Shown here: positions 43,384 to 51,507 of the stretch, one piece after another
Position numbering within the stretch: position 1 is the first letter of the stretch
How the letters are laid out: each line of letters begins with the position of its first letter
Origin: Candidatus Limnocylindrales bacterium
GTDB taxonomy: Bacteria; Chloroflexota; Limnocylindria; Limnocylindrales; CSP1-4
Length of the DNA stretch: 53,909 nucleotides
Reading direction: 5' to 3'
Assembly (NCBI GenBank): GCA_035701885.1
Contig: DASSRG010000143.1
Span: 1-53,909 of the forward strand
Translations under genes and position numbers: made by a program
The notes under the pieces: generated by a model
Seen by the model: only the letters and a program-made list of their open reading frames with translations
Told to the model about the DNA's origin: nothing
The model's database searches: none

Positions 43384-44454
43384 CTAGCAGGCGGGCGTGT
43401 CCGGGTACAGCGTCCGCACGTTGTCCTTGGTGACGACCTCGTGCTGGGTGAACAGGTTCTTCTCCACGGTCTTGCCCTCGAGCAGGTCGACGACCGCCGG
43501 GATGAGGATCTCCCCGTAGCGCTCCGGGAAGTACGCCGTATCGGCGAGCCACTGCGGGTTGCAGGCGATGTCCTTCCACGACGTCGGGTCGGCGCCCTGG
43601 CCGGCGAGCCGGATCTCCGCCTCGCGGCCCGCGGTGCGGGCGGCGGCGAAGGCACCCAGCGACATGTCGTCGTTGAGGCTCAGGATGACGATCTTGCCGC
43701 CCGGCTTGATGGCCGAGAGCTGGTCGCCGAACTTGGTGACCGCGAGGTCGGTCGTGCCACCGACGTCGAGGCTCTTGAACTTGTCCTCGGGGATCTTGCC
43801 GCAGGCCTCCTCGAAGCCCGCGATCATGCCGTTCATCCGCGCGAGGGTCGTGGCGCCGGCGCCCTTCGTGTCGAGCGTGACGACGGCCTCGTAGTCACAG
43901 TTGTTCTCGGCCTTGAGGGCGTCGCCCACGTACTTGCCCGAGAGCTTGCCCGCGTTCTCGTTGTCGGCGCCCATGAACGCGACCTCGCACGGGGCCTGGT
44001 GGATGTCGATCGCGATCGTCGGCAGGTCGCCGTACGCCGCGCAGATCTCCTTGGAGCTGTCCTCGAACAGCTGGAAGTTGAGGACGGCCTCGACGCCCTG
44101 GACCTTGAGGTTCTGGGCGCACGCGAGGGCCTTGGCCGCGTCGATCTCCGAGTCGCAGAACGCGATCTCGACCCCGGCCTTCTCGGCCTCGGCCTTGATG
44201 TTGTCGCTCACGAGCTTGACGAACGGGATCGCCTCACCCAGCGAGATGTAGCCGACCTTGTGGGGCGTCGCCGCCTGGCTCGGCGCCTCCGACGCGGCCT
44301 CGCTGGCCGGCGCCTCGGACGCCGCCTGGCTCGCGGGCGCCGTGGTGGCGCCGGTGCCGCCGCAGGCCGCGACGAGCAGCACGGCCGCGGCCCCGAGGGC
44401 GGCGAGCCGGGCCAGCCCGGTCCGGCTGGTGCGATCGTGATGGTGCTCGGACAC
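43384..44454 (-). CDS. sugar ABC transporter substrate-binding lipoprotein (second SBP of the operon)
   Basis: GTG 44454 after GGAGGAGG. Lipobox LLVAAC and an SEAPA-type repeat linker. Paralogue of 47358..48422 (shared KVGYISLG / KIGYISLG, FVKLVSD, FCDS, ALxCAQNLKVQGV, TIAIDI, TPAC C-terminus). Confidence 0.85.
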   Translation of the reverse strand: MSEHHHDRTSRTGLARLAALGAAAVLLVAACGGTGATTAPASQAASEAPASEAASEAPSQAATPHKVGYISLGEAIPFVKLVSDNIKAEAEKAGVEIAFCDSEIDAAKALACAQNLKVQGVEAVLNFQLFEDSSKEICAAYGDLPTIAIDIHQAPCEVAFMGADNENAGKLSGKYVGDALKAENNCDYEAVVTLDTKGAGATTLARMNGMIAGFEEACGKIPEDKFKSLDVGGTTDLAVTKFGDQLSAIKPGGKIVILSLNDDMSLGAFAAARTAGREAEIRLAGQGADPTSWKDIACNPQWLADTAYFPERYGEILIPAVVDLLEGKTVEKNLFTQHEVVTKDNVRTLYPDTPAC

Positions 44455-44668
44455 GTGTCCTCCTCCTGTGCCTGTCTGATGCGGGCCGCTGGGGCCACCC
44501 TCTCGATGCCCGCGCGCCGGGTGGCCCGCGGATGCTCTTTCGATCCCCCCTGCCGCCCGGGGGTCCCGGGCGTCGTGTCCGGCCTGGCCGGCGCTGGCTT
44601 ACCGGTCGGCGCCCGGCATGCGACGGATGGCGCCGCCGCACGGCCGTCCGGTGATGGGAGCTGCGGTC

Positions 44669-44693
44669 CCGCGGGGTCGCTCGACCCCCGCGG
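44669..44693 (-). terminator. hairpin in the 299-nt intercistronic region (attenuator candidate)
   Basis: 8-bp stem CCGCGGGG / CCCCGCGG, extendable by 3 bp. It lies about 60 nt downstream (minus strand) of the permease stop at 44754. Confidence 0.25.
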
Positions 44694-44753
44694 CCGATCG
44701 GCGTCCGGTCCTCTTCAGGCCGGCCGCCGTGCGGGGACGCAGCGTGGACAACG

Positions 44754-45824
44754 TCAGACCTCTGCCCGTGTCAGCCGGACGCGAACCCGGTCGACGGTGA
44801 CGGCACCGAGCAGCAGGAGGCCGCCCGCGACCTCGATCCAGAACGAGGGAACGTTCAGCTGGATGAGGCCGTTCGCGAGGACCCCCACGATGAGGACGGC
44901 GAGCACGGTGCCGCCGATGCCGCCGCGACCGCCGGACAGGCTCGCGCCGCCGAGGACGACCGCGGTGATGACCGAGAGCTCCAGCCCCAGACCCGCGTTC
45001 ACCGACGCGCCGCCGACCTGCGACAGCCGGATGAGCCCGGCCAGCGCGACGCACAGCGACGAGAGCAGGAACGCGATGAAGATCACCCGCTTGGTCCGGA
45101 TGCCGGCCAGGCGTGCGGCCGTGGGGCTCGCGCCGATCGCATAGAGCGACCGGCCGTACACCGTGTATCTGAGGATGAACCAGAAGATGATGACCGCGGC
45201 GATGAAGATGTAGACCGGGAGCGGGATCCCCAGGACCCGGTTGACGCCCAGCTCGCCGAAGTCGTTGATCCGGATCGTCTGGCCGTTGCCCATGACCTTG
45301 GTCAGGCCGCGGAAGATCGCCAGGGTGCCGAGGGTCGTGATCAGCGCGTTGATGCCGATGACCGTGACGCAGAACGCGTTGATCAGGCCGATCAGCAGGG
45401 TACCGAGCACCGCGATGACGAACGCCTGGGGGATCGGGAGGTCGCCCGACCACGGGACCTCCGTGCCGCCCGCCCCCGGCGCGAGCGCCGCGACCGCCAT
45501 GAGCATGCCCGCGAACCCGGCCGCGGAGCCGACCGAGAGGTCGAACTGGCCGGCGATAAGGAGCAGCGTGGCCGGGCACGCCACGATCCCGACGACCGCG
45601 ACGTTCTGGAGGATGTTGACCAGGTTCTCGGTGTTGAGGAAGAACGGCGACGCGATCGAGAAGAACGTGAACAGGACGCCGAGCACGACAACGAGCGCTG
45701 CCGTCTCCGGGACGGACAGCCCCTTGCCCTTGCGGTCCCCCGCGTGCGGCGACGGCGTCGCGTCGGCCTCCACCGGGTCGGGCGTCGGCGCCGCGATGCT
45801 GATCGGTTCCTGGCTTTCGGTCAC
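44754..45824 (-). CDS. ABC transporter permease (RbsC-like)
   Basis: IAGQFDLSVGSAAG and VLGGASLSGGRGGIGG. GTG 45824 is preferred (GGAGGG 10 nt upstream, 7 nt after the ATPase stop). The ORF-track TTG 45851 would overlap the ATPase by 20 nt. Confidence 0.85.
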   Translation of the reverse strand: MTESQEPISIAAPTPDPVEADATPSPHAGDRKGKGLSVPETAALVVVLGVLFTFFSIASPFFLNTENLVNILQNVAVVGIVACPATLLLIAGQFDLSVGSAAGFAGMLMAVAALAPGAGGTEVPWSGDLPIPQAFVIAVLGTLLIGLINAFCVTVIGINALITTLGTLAIFRGLTKVMGNGQTIRINDFGELGVNRVLGIPLPVYIFIAAVIIFWFILRYTVYGRSLYAIGASPTAARLAGIRTKRVIFIAFLLSSLCVALAGLIRLSQVGGASVNAGLGLELSVITAVVLGGASLSGGRGGIGGTVLAVLIVGVLANGLIQLNVPSFWIEVAGGLLLLGAVTVDRVRVRLTRAEV

Positions 45825-45831
45825 GTCGTCG

Positions 45832-47325
45832 CTACCCTCCGGACGCTTCAAGCAGGCGACCGCTGGTGACGGCGTCGCCCTCGAGTTCGGTCACGATCCG
45901 ACCCTTCGCCATGACGTGCACCCGGTCGGCGACCTGGACGGCCTCCTCGTAGTCGGATGTCGAGATGAGGACGGCGACGCCCGACGCCGCGAGCGTTCGC
46001 AGCGCCGCGTAGATGTCCTGCCGCGCCCCGACGTCCACGCCGCGGGTCGGCTCGATGAGCACGAGGACGTCGGAGTTGCGCTCGAGCCACCGCCCGAGCA
46101 GCACCTTCTGCTGGTTGCCGCCGGACAGCGTCCCCATCGCCTGTCGCGGGTCGTTGCGCGACCGGATCGACAGCCGGTCGTGCCAGCGCCGGTAGGCCTT
46201 CGCCTCGGTCGACCGGCGGAGCACCTGCCCGAACGCCGCGAGCTTCGGCCACGACGCGACCGCCACGTTCTCGGCGACCGGGCGGACCATGAACGCGCCG
46301 CCGGCCTTGCGCTCGGCGGGCAGGAAGCCGACGCCCTTGCCGACGGCCGCGACCGGGCCGGACAGGGTCACAGGCCGCGACTTGATCTCGAGCGTCCCCG
46401 CGGTGAGCGGGTGCAGGCCGTACGCGCTCTCCCCCACCTCGGCGGCGCCCGACCCGAGCTTGCCGTAGATCGCGACGATCTCCCCGGTGTGGACCTGGAG
46501 CGAGACGTCGGTGAACGCCTTGCCCGAGGAGGCGCCCGTCCATCGGATCGCGGGCGCGACGTCCGCCTGGCGCGGCAGCGGCTCCGGCCGCGGCAGCTCC
46601 GTGAGCCGCCGGCCCACCATCGCCTCGATCAGCGAGGCGCGGTCGGTGTCCTTGACGTCGGCGAGCAACGCCGTGGACCCATCCCGCAGCACCTGCACCT
46701 TGTCGGCGAGGGTGAACACCTCGTCCAGGCGGTGGGTGATGTAGATGATCGCCACGCCCTGGGCCTTGAGCCGCCGGATGAACGTGAACAGCCGGTCCGC
46801 CTCGTGCTGCGACAGCGCGGCGGTGGGCTCGTCCAGGATGAGCAGGCGGGCCGAGCGCGACAACGCCCTGGCGATCTCGACGATCTGGCGCTCGCCGACG
46901 CGGAGGGTGTCGATCCTCGCCATCGGGTCGATGTCGACCTCGAGCTCCCTGAGGATCTTCGTCGCGCGGCGGTTGACCTCGCGCCAGTTGACGACGCCCG
47001 CCCGTTGCGGCAGCCGGCCCATCGAGATGTTCTCGGCGACCGTCAGCGTCGGCGCGTCCTGGAATTCCTGGAAGATGATCGCCACGCCCAGGCGCTGGGC
47101 GTCGATCGGGGTCAGCGACGCGTGCGCGACCTCGTCGACGATGACCGCCCCGGCGTCGGGCGTGTAGTCGCCGGCGATGATCTTGACGAGGGTGCTCTTG
47201 CCGGCACCGTTCTCGCCGAGCAGGGCCAGGATCGACCCGCCGGTCGCGTCGAGGTCCACGCCATGGAGGACCTCGACGCCGCCGAACGACTTCCGGATCT
47301 CGCTCGCCCGAAGGGCGAATGCCAT
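45832..47325 (-). CDS. sugar ABC transporter ATP-binding protein (two fused NBDs)
   Basis: Walker A GENGAGKST, second-half LSGGNQQK and LVLIEPTRGVD. Confidence 0.9.
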   Translation of the reverse strand: MAFALRASEIRKSFGGVEVLHGVDLDATGGSILALLGENGAGKSTLVKIIAGDYTPDAGAVIVDEVAHASLTPIDAQRLGVAIIFQEFQDAPTLTVAENISMGRLPQRAGVVNWREVNRRATKILRELEVDIDPMARIDTLRVGERQIVEIARALSRSARLLILDEPTAALSQHEADRLFTFIRRLKAQGVAIIYITHRLDEVFTLADKVQVLRDGSTALLADVKDTDRASLIEAMVGRRLTELPRPEPLPRQADVAPAIRWTGASSGKAFTDVSLQVHTGEIVAIYGKLGSGAAEVGESAYGLHPLTAGTLEIKSRPVTLSGPVAAVGKGVGFLPAERKAGGAFMVRPVAENVAVASWPKLAAFGQVLRRSTEAKAYRRWHDRLSIRSRNDPRQAMGTLSGGNQQKVLLGRWLERNSDVLVLIEPTRGVDVGARQDIYAALRTLAASGVAVLISTSDYEEAVQVADRVHVMAKGRIVTELEGDAVTSGRLLEASGG

Positions 47326-47357
47326 GGATCGGCGTCCCTTCGGTTCGGGCTACCCGA

Positions 47358-48422
47358 TCAGCACGCGGGCGTCTCGGGATAGATCGTGCGGATGTTGTCC
47401 TTGGTGACGACCTGGTGCTCGGTGAAGATGTTCTCGGGGATCGTCTCGCCCTGGAGCGCCTTGACCATGTTCGGGATCAGGAGCTCCCCGTACTTCTCGG
47501 GGAAGTACGCCACCGAGGCGATGTAGTTCGGGTTGCAGGCGACGTCCTTCCAGATGGACGGGTCGGTGCCCTGACCCGAGTAGTAGAGGTCCTTCTGGCG
47601 GCCCAGGGTGTTGGCTGCGCCGATCGCGCCGAGGATCCCGTCCTCGTTGATCGCCACGACCACGATCTTGTCGCCCGGCAGCGCGCCGAGGAGGTTGGTC
47701 ATCTGCTCCAGGGCGGGGTCGGTGCGGTCCGCGCCGTCGAGGACGCGCTCCTTCTCCTTGACGATCGGGCAGAACTCCTGGAACCCGTCGCGATAGCCAC
47801 CCATCCGGTCGGTGTTCGCGGCGCCCGCGGCGGTCGACTCGAGCGACACGTACGCGGTGTACTCGCAGTTCCAGTTGTCCTTCGCGTACTGGCCCATCGC
47901 TGCGCCGCCGAGCCGGCCGGCCTCGCGGTTGTTGGCGCCCATGAACGCGATCTGGCACGGCGGCTGGACGATGTCGATCGCGATCGTCGGCACCCCGCCG
48001 TACGCCTCGCAGATCTCCGGCGAGCTGTCCTGGAAGACCTGGAAGTTGAGGACGCCCTGGACGCCCTGCACCTTCAGGTTCTGCGCGCACTCGAGGGCCT
48101 TCGCCTGATCGACCTGCGAGTCGCAGAACGCGAGGTCCTGCCCCGCGTCGGCGGCCGCCTTCTTGATGCCGTCGGAGACGAGCTTCACGAACGGCACGTT
48201 GTCGCCCAGCGAGATGTAGCCGATCTTGAACTTCTCGGCGGCCGGCGAGGCGGCCTCGGACGGCGCCTCGGACGCGGCCTGCGAGGCGGGTGCCTCGGAC
48301 TCGGCGGCGGCACTCGGCGCGGACGTGGCGGCGCCGCCACCGCAGGCGGCGGCGATCAGGGCGACGCTCGCAAGCAGCGCCGCGAACCGGGCCCCGTTCG
48401 ACCCAGGCAGGTGCAGGGACAC
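47358..48422 (-). CDS. sugar ABC transporter substrate-binding lipoprotein (first SBP of the operon)
   Basis: GTG 48422 (VSLHLPGSNGARFAALLASVALIAAACGG) after GAGGAGGAG is preferred over ORF-track ATG 48473, which has no SD and abuts the operator-like motif. Lipobox IAAAC. Confidence 0.85.
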   Translation of the reverse strand: MSLHLPGSNGARFAALLASVALIAAACGGGAATSAPSAAAESEAPASQAASEAPSEAASPAAEKFKIGYISLGDNVPFVKLVSDGIKKAAADAGQDLAFCDSQVDQAKALECAQNLKVQGVQGVLNFQVFQDSSPEICEAYGGVPTIAIDIVQPPCQIAFMGANNREAGRLGGAAMGQYAKDNWNCEYTAYVSLESTAAGAANTDRMGGYRDGFQEFCPIVKEKERVLDGADRTDPALEQMTNLLGALPGDKIVVVAINEDGILGAIGAANTLGRQKDLYYSGQGTDPSIWKDVACNPNYIASVAYFPEKYGELLIPNMVKALQGETIPENIFTEHQVVTKDNIRTIYPETPAC

Positions 48423-48472
48423 GTCACTCCTCCTCTTGGCCGCGTGGGCGACTCCGCGCCTCACAACAAACA

Positions 48473-48488
48473 TTACTGGAAACGTTCG
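48473..48488. promoter_or_regulatory. operator-like site (TTACTGGAAACGTTCG)
   Basis: Shares the 10-mer TTACTGGAAA with 6164..6173. It lies about 50 nt upstream of the preferred SBP start at 48422. Confidence 0.4.
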
Positions 48489-48598
48489 CCGCGAGCGCCA
48501 GCGGACAGTAGCGGCTGCCTTCTCCGGGTGTCAAGTCGGTCGCGGGAGGGGGTCGGGACGCGCACGCTGGGCTCGCCGGGTCGCGGGGATCACGCGGG

Positions 48599-48892
48599 TC
48601 AGCGGCCCCCCGGACGCTCCGGGTCGCGCGGGTGCTGCGCCAGCGCCTGGACCTCGATGTCCAGCCACCGGAACATCGGCAGCGAGGCGAGCGCGGCGTC
48701 GAGCGCCGTCGCGTCGGGCGCCTCCCAGATGCCGTAGTTCGCCCGTCGTCCCGGGATCCGCCACAGGCGGCGGAGGATGCCCGCCTCGGCCAGCTCGGCG
48801 GCCCGCACGGTCTCCGCGGCGCTGATCCGCGCGAACTCCGCCGGGTCACCGTCCGCCGGCCAGCGGATCTCGATATGGACGAGGAACTCCAC
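48599..48892 (-). CDS. muconolactone delta-isomerase-like protein
   Basis: GTG 48892 (GGAGG upstream) inside ORF 48599..48946, about 97 aa. RRLWRIPGRRANYGIWEAPD and LPMFRWLDIEVQAL match the CatC-type ferredoxin-like fold pattern (..WR..G...N..I.D.....L...L...P.....I.V.PL..HP). Confidence 0.6.
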   Translation of the reverse strand: MEFLVHIEIRWPADGDPAEFARISAAETVRAAELAEAGILRRLWRIPGRRANYGIWEAPDATALDAALASLPMFRWLDIEVQALAQHPRDPERPGGR

Positions 48893-48951
48893 GCGCGCGC
48901 CTCCGGGATCGGCCCGGGTCGACAGCCCGGATCGCTTCGCTATCATACGGC

Positions 48952-48965
48952 TGGAAACCTTTGCA
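48952..48965. promoter_or_regulatory. operator-like palindrome (TGGAAACCTTTGCA)
   Basis: 5 of 7 palindromic pairs. It lies in the divergent gap between the muconolactone-isomerase-like gene and the lipoyl/E2 operon. Confidence 0.35.
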
Positions 48966-49047
48966 ATGCGCCGTCAGGCGCGGGTTCAGGCGACTTCAGA
49001 CGACGCTGCGGGCACCCCGCCCCGGTCGGCGATGCACGGAGGCGAGG

Positions 49048-49293
49048 ATGGCGCGGATCGCGATCGAGATGCCGAAGCTGGGCTACGACATGGAGTCGGG
49101 ACGGATCGGCGCCTGGGTCAAGCAGGTCGGGGACCGGGTCGAGCGGGGCGACGTCGTCGCCGAGATCGAGACCGAGAAGTCCACCGTGGACATGGAGTCG
49201 ACCGCGACCGGGACCCTCGTCGAGATCGTCGCGGAGGCGGGCGCGGAGCTGCCGGTCGGCGAGGTCATCGGCTACCTCGACGACGAGGCGTGA
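49048..49293 (+). CDS. stand-alone lipoyl-attachment domain protein (81 aa)
   Basis: ATG 49048 inside ORF 48961..49293. MPKLGYDMESGRIGAWVKQVGDRVERGDVVAEIETEKSTVDMES is an E2-type lipoyl domain with the lipoyl-Lys in ETEKS. There is no AMKM biotin motif. Confidence 0.75.
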   Translation: MARIAIEMPKLGYDMESGRIGAWVKQVGDRVERGDVVAEIETEKSTVDMESTATGTLVEIVAEAGAELPVGEVIGYLDDEA

Positions 49294-50000
49294 GCGCCGG
49301 AACGGACGGGCGTCGGCCGGTCGCGGCCACGCCGATGCGGGCGGCCATCGCCCGCCGGATGGTCCAGAGCAAGCAGCAGGTCCCCCACTTCTACGTCACG
49401 ACCGAGATCGAGGTCGACGCGCTCGCCGCCGCGGTCGACCGCCACAACGAGGGCCGCACGAAGGAGCAGCGAGCAACGCTGACGGCGTACCTCCTGCGCG
49501 CCGTCGCCACGACGCTCGTCCGCCACCCGGAGTTCAACGCCGTGTGGAACGGCGACACGCTCGAGCAGTGGGAGACGGTGAACCTCGGCGTCGCGATCGC
49601 CGTGGAGGACGGCCTGATCGCCCCCGCGCTCCTCGACTGCGCAAACCGCGACGTGGACGACCTCGCGATGGGCCTCGCCGATCTCACCGCGCGGACCCGG
49701 GCCGGCCGGCTCAAGGCGCCGGAGATGACAGACGCCACGTTCACGCTGTCGAACCTCGGCATGTTCGAGGTGACCCAATTCACCGCGATCGTGACGCCGC
49801 CGCAGGTCGCGATCCTGGCCACGGGACGAGGCTACGAGCGGCCCGTCGTCCGCGACGGACAGGTCGTCGTGCGGCGGGTGCTCCAGGCGACGATCTCCGC
49901 GGACCACCGGGCGGTGGACGGGGCAGGCGCGGCCCGGTTCCTGGGCACCCTCAAGGACCTGCTGGAGGCGCCGGCCGGCTGGGCGCCCGGCGCCGAGTAG
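49290..50000 (+). CDS. 2-oxoacid dehydrogenase E2-type acyltransferase, catalytic domain only (236 aa)
   Basis: GTG 49290 (GTGA overlap with the lipoyl-domain stop) inside ORF 48777..50000. The sequence begins at the catalytic-domain boundary (ATPMRAAIARRMVQSKQQVPHFY) and has the active-site motif ISADHRAVDGAGAARFL. Confidence 0.8.
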   Translation: MSAGTDGRRPVAATPMRAAIARRMVQSKQQVPHFYVTTEIEVDALAAAVDRHNEGRTKEQRATLTAYLLRAVATTLVRHPEFNAVWNGDTLEQWETVNLGVAIAVEDGLIAPALLDCANRDVDDLAMGLADLTARTRAGRLKAPEMTDATFTLSNLGMFEVTQFTAIVTPPQVAILATGRGYERPVVRDGQVVVRRVLQATISADHRAVDGAGAARFLGTLKDLLEAPAGWAPGAE

Positions 50001-50007
50001 CACCGCG

Positions 50008-51507
50008 ATGGGCTTCCTCGCCGGTGCGGCGCGCGTCGACATCACGCCGCCGCTCCCCGTCGACCTGCTGGGCTACGTCCGCCGCGCGCAGGCCGCGCGC
50101 GGCGTCTGGGACCCGCTGCTGGCGACCGCGGCTGTGCTGCGGGGCGAAGGCGGGGTCAACGTCGTCGTGATCGCCGCGGACGTCGTGGGGCTCACGACCG
50201 AGATGAGCGACCGGATCCGCGCGCGCGTCGCGTCGGCCGTCTCGTGTCGGCCCGAGGAGGTGCTGCTCAACTCCTCGCACAGCCACGCGGCGCCGTGGCC
50301 GGGCGCGCCGGTCAAGATGGGCGGCGAGTTCGACGGCTGGACCGAGACCGAGCTCCGGTGGTGGGAGTCGGTTCCGGACCTGTACGCCTCGGCTGCCGTC
50401 CAGGCAGCGGAACAGGCCGTCGAGGCACGGGTGTCAGGGGGCGTCGGCCGCGTGAAGGACGTGGCCGTCAACCGCCGCGAGCGGACGCCCGACGGGCGCA
50501 CGATCCTCGGCTGGAACCCGGACCTGTTCCTCGACGAGAGCGTGCCCACGCTGCGGATCGACGCGCTGGACGCGCCCGCGGACCGGCCTGAGGCGATCGC
50601 CACGATCGTCGGCTTCGGCTGCCACCCCGTGGTCGTCGGCCCGGAGGTTCCGCTCGTCGGGTCGGACTTCGTCGGCCCGCTGCGCGACCTGCTGGACGGC
50701 GCGCTCCGGCCCGACGGCGTCACCATCTTCCTCCAGGGCGCGGCCGGCAACGTCCTGCCGCTCGAGGCGTTCCGCGACGAGCCCGGGTCGGCGCAGGGCA
50801 TCGGGGAGCGGCTCGCCCTCGAGGCCGCGCACGCCGTCGCCGACCGCGATCCGCGCGAGATCGAGGTGCGCCACGAGGCATACGGCTCGGTGACGCCGAT
50901 CTCGCTCTACCGCCGGCAGCTCGCGACGACCCAGCCGGTCCCCGTCCTCCGCACGACCCGGCGGATCGTGTCGCTGCCGATGCTGGAGCCGCCGTCCGTC
51001 GAGGACCTCGAGCGCGAGCTCGCCGAGCGGCGCGAGGACCTGCGCCGGCGCGCCGAGGCCGGCGAGGGCCGGGCGACGATGAACCCCGTCCGCTACCACA
51101 TCGACTGGCTCGCCCAGCAGCTGGCGGCGGCCCGATCCGGCCCGCTGCCGGCAACCGTCGATGGCGAGGTCTGGGCCGCCCGGCTCGGCGACACCGCGAT
51201 CGTCGGCGCACCCGGTGAGATCTTCGGCGAGATCGGCGCGGCGGTGCGAGCGGCGTCGCCGGCGCCGGTGACCGTCTTCGCCGGCTACTCGAACGGGAGC
51301 CTCGGCTACGTCGCGACGCCCGAGGAGTACCCGTTCGGCGGGTACGAGCCGGCCGTGTCGCACCGCGGGTACGGCCACCCGGCGCCGTTCTCGCCGGACG
51401 TCGCGGGCATCCTCGAGCGGGTGTCGCTGGAGCTGCTCGGCGAGCTGTTTCCCGAGGGGCCTGTCGCGGACCGCGTGCCCGCCGCGCGCCCGCCGGTGCG
51501 AGGATGA
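50008..51507 (+). CDS. neutral/alkaline ceramidase-like hydrolase family protein (tentative)
   Basis: 499 aa. The N-terminus AARVDITPPLPVDLLGY ... VVVIAADVVG ... NSSHSHAAP resembles bacterial neutral-ceramidase-N-domain proteins as I recall them. Not verified. Confidence 0.4.
   Translation: MGFLAGAARVDITPPLPVDLLGYVRRAQAARGVWDPLLATAAVLRGEGGVNVVVIAADVVGLTTEMSDRIRARVASAVSCRPEEVLLNSSHSHAAPWPGAPVKMGGEFDGWTETELRWWESVPDLYASAAVQAAEQAVEARVSGGVGRVKDVAVNRRERTPDGRTILGWNPDLFLDESVPTLRIDALDAPADRPEAIATIVGFGCHPVVVGPEVPLVGSDFVGPLRDLLDGALRPDGVTIFLQGAAGNVLPLEAFRDEPGSAQGIGERLALEAAHAVADRDPREIEVRHEAYGSVTPISLYRRQLATTQPVPVLRTTRRIVSLPMLEPPSVEDLERELAERREDLRRRAEAGEGRATMNPVRYHIDWLAQQLAAARSGPLPATVDGEVWAARLGDTAIVGAPGEIFGEIGAAVRAASPAPVTVFAGYSNGSLGYVATPEEYPFGGYEPAVSHRGYGHPAPFSPDVAGILERVSLELLGELFPEGPVADRVPAARPPVRG

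Noticed and set aside
44255-44375. Short tandem-like DNA repeats (GCCTCGGACGC-type units), also at about 48236..48350, considered as a repeat or CRISPR-like feature
   Set aside because: They lie inside the SBP genes and encode the Ala/Ser/Glu/Pro linker (SEAPASEAASEAPS) that follows the lipobox Cys. There are no spacers or a regular array. This is low-complexity coding sequence, not an independent element.
44234-44641. 135-aa minus-strand ORF inside the 299-nt intercistronic spacer
   Set aside because: It is extremely Arg/Gly/Pro-rich, overlaps the SBP start region out of frame and has no SD. I treat the spacer as non-coding, structured RNA.
45241-47382. 713-aa plus-strand ORF antisense to the permease and ATPase genes
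   Set aside because: Antisense artefact of high GC. The minus-strand frames carry permease TM segments and Walker/LSGGQ motifs.
49048-49293. Reading the 81-aa protein as a biotin carboxyl carrier (BCCP) domain
   Set aside because: The modified-Lys context is ETEKS (lipoyl type), not the biotinyl AMKM/EAMK motif. The overlapping downstream gene is an E2 acyltransferase core, not a carboxylase.
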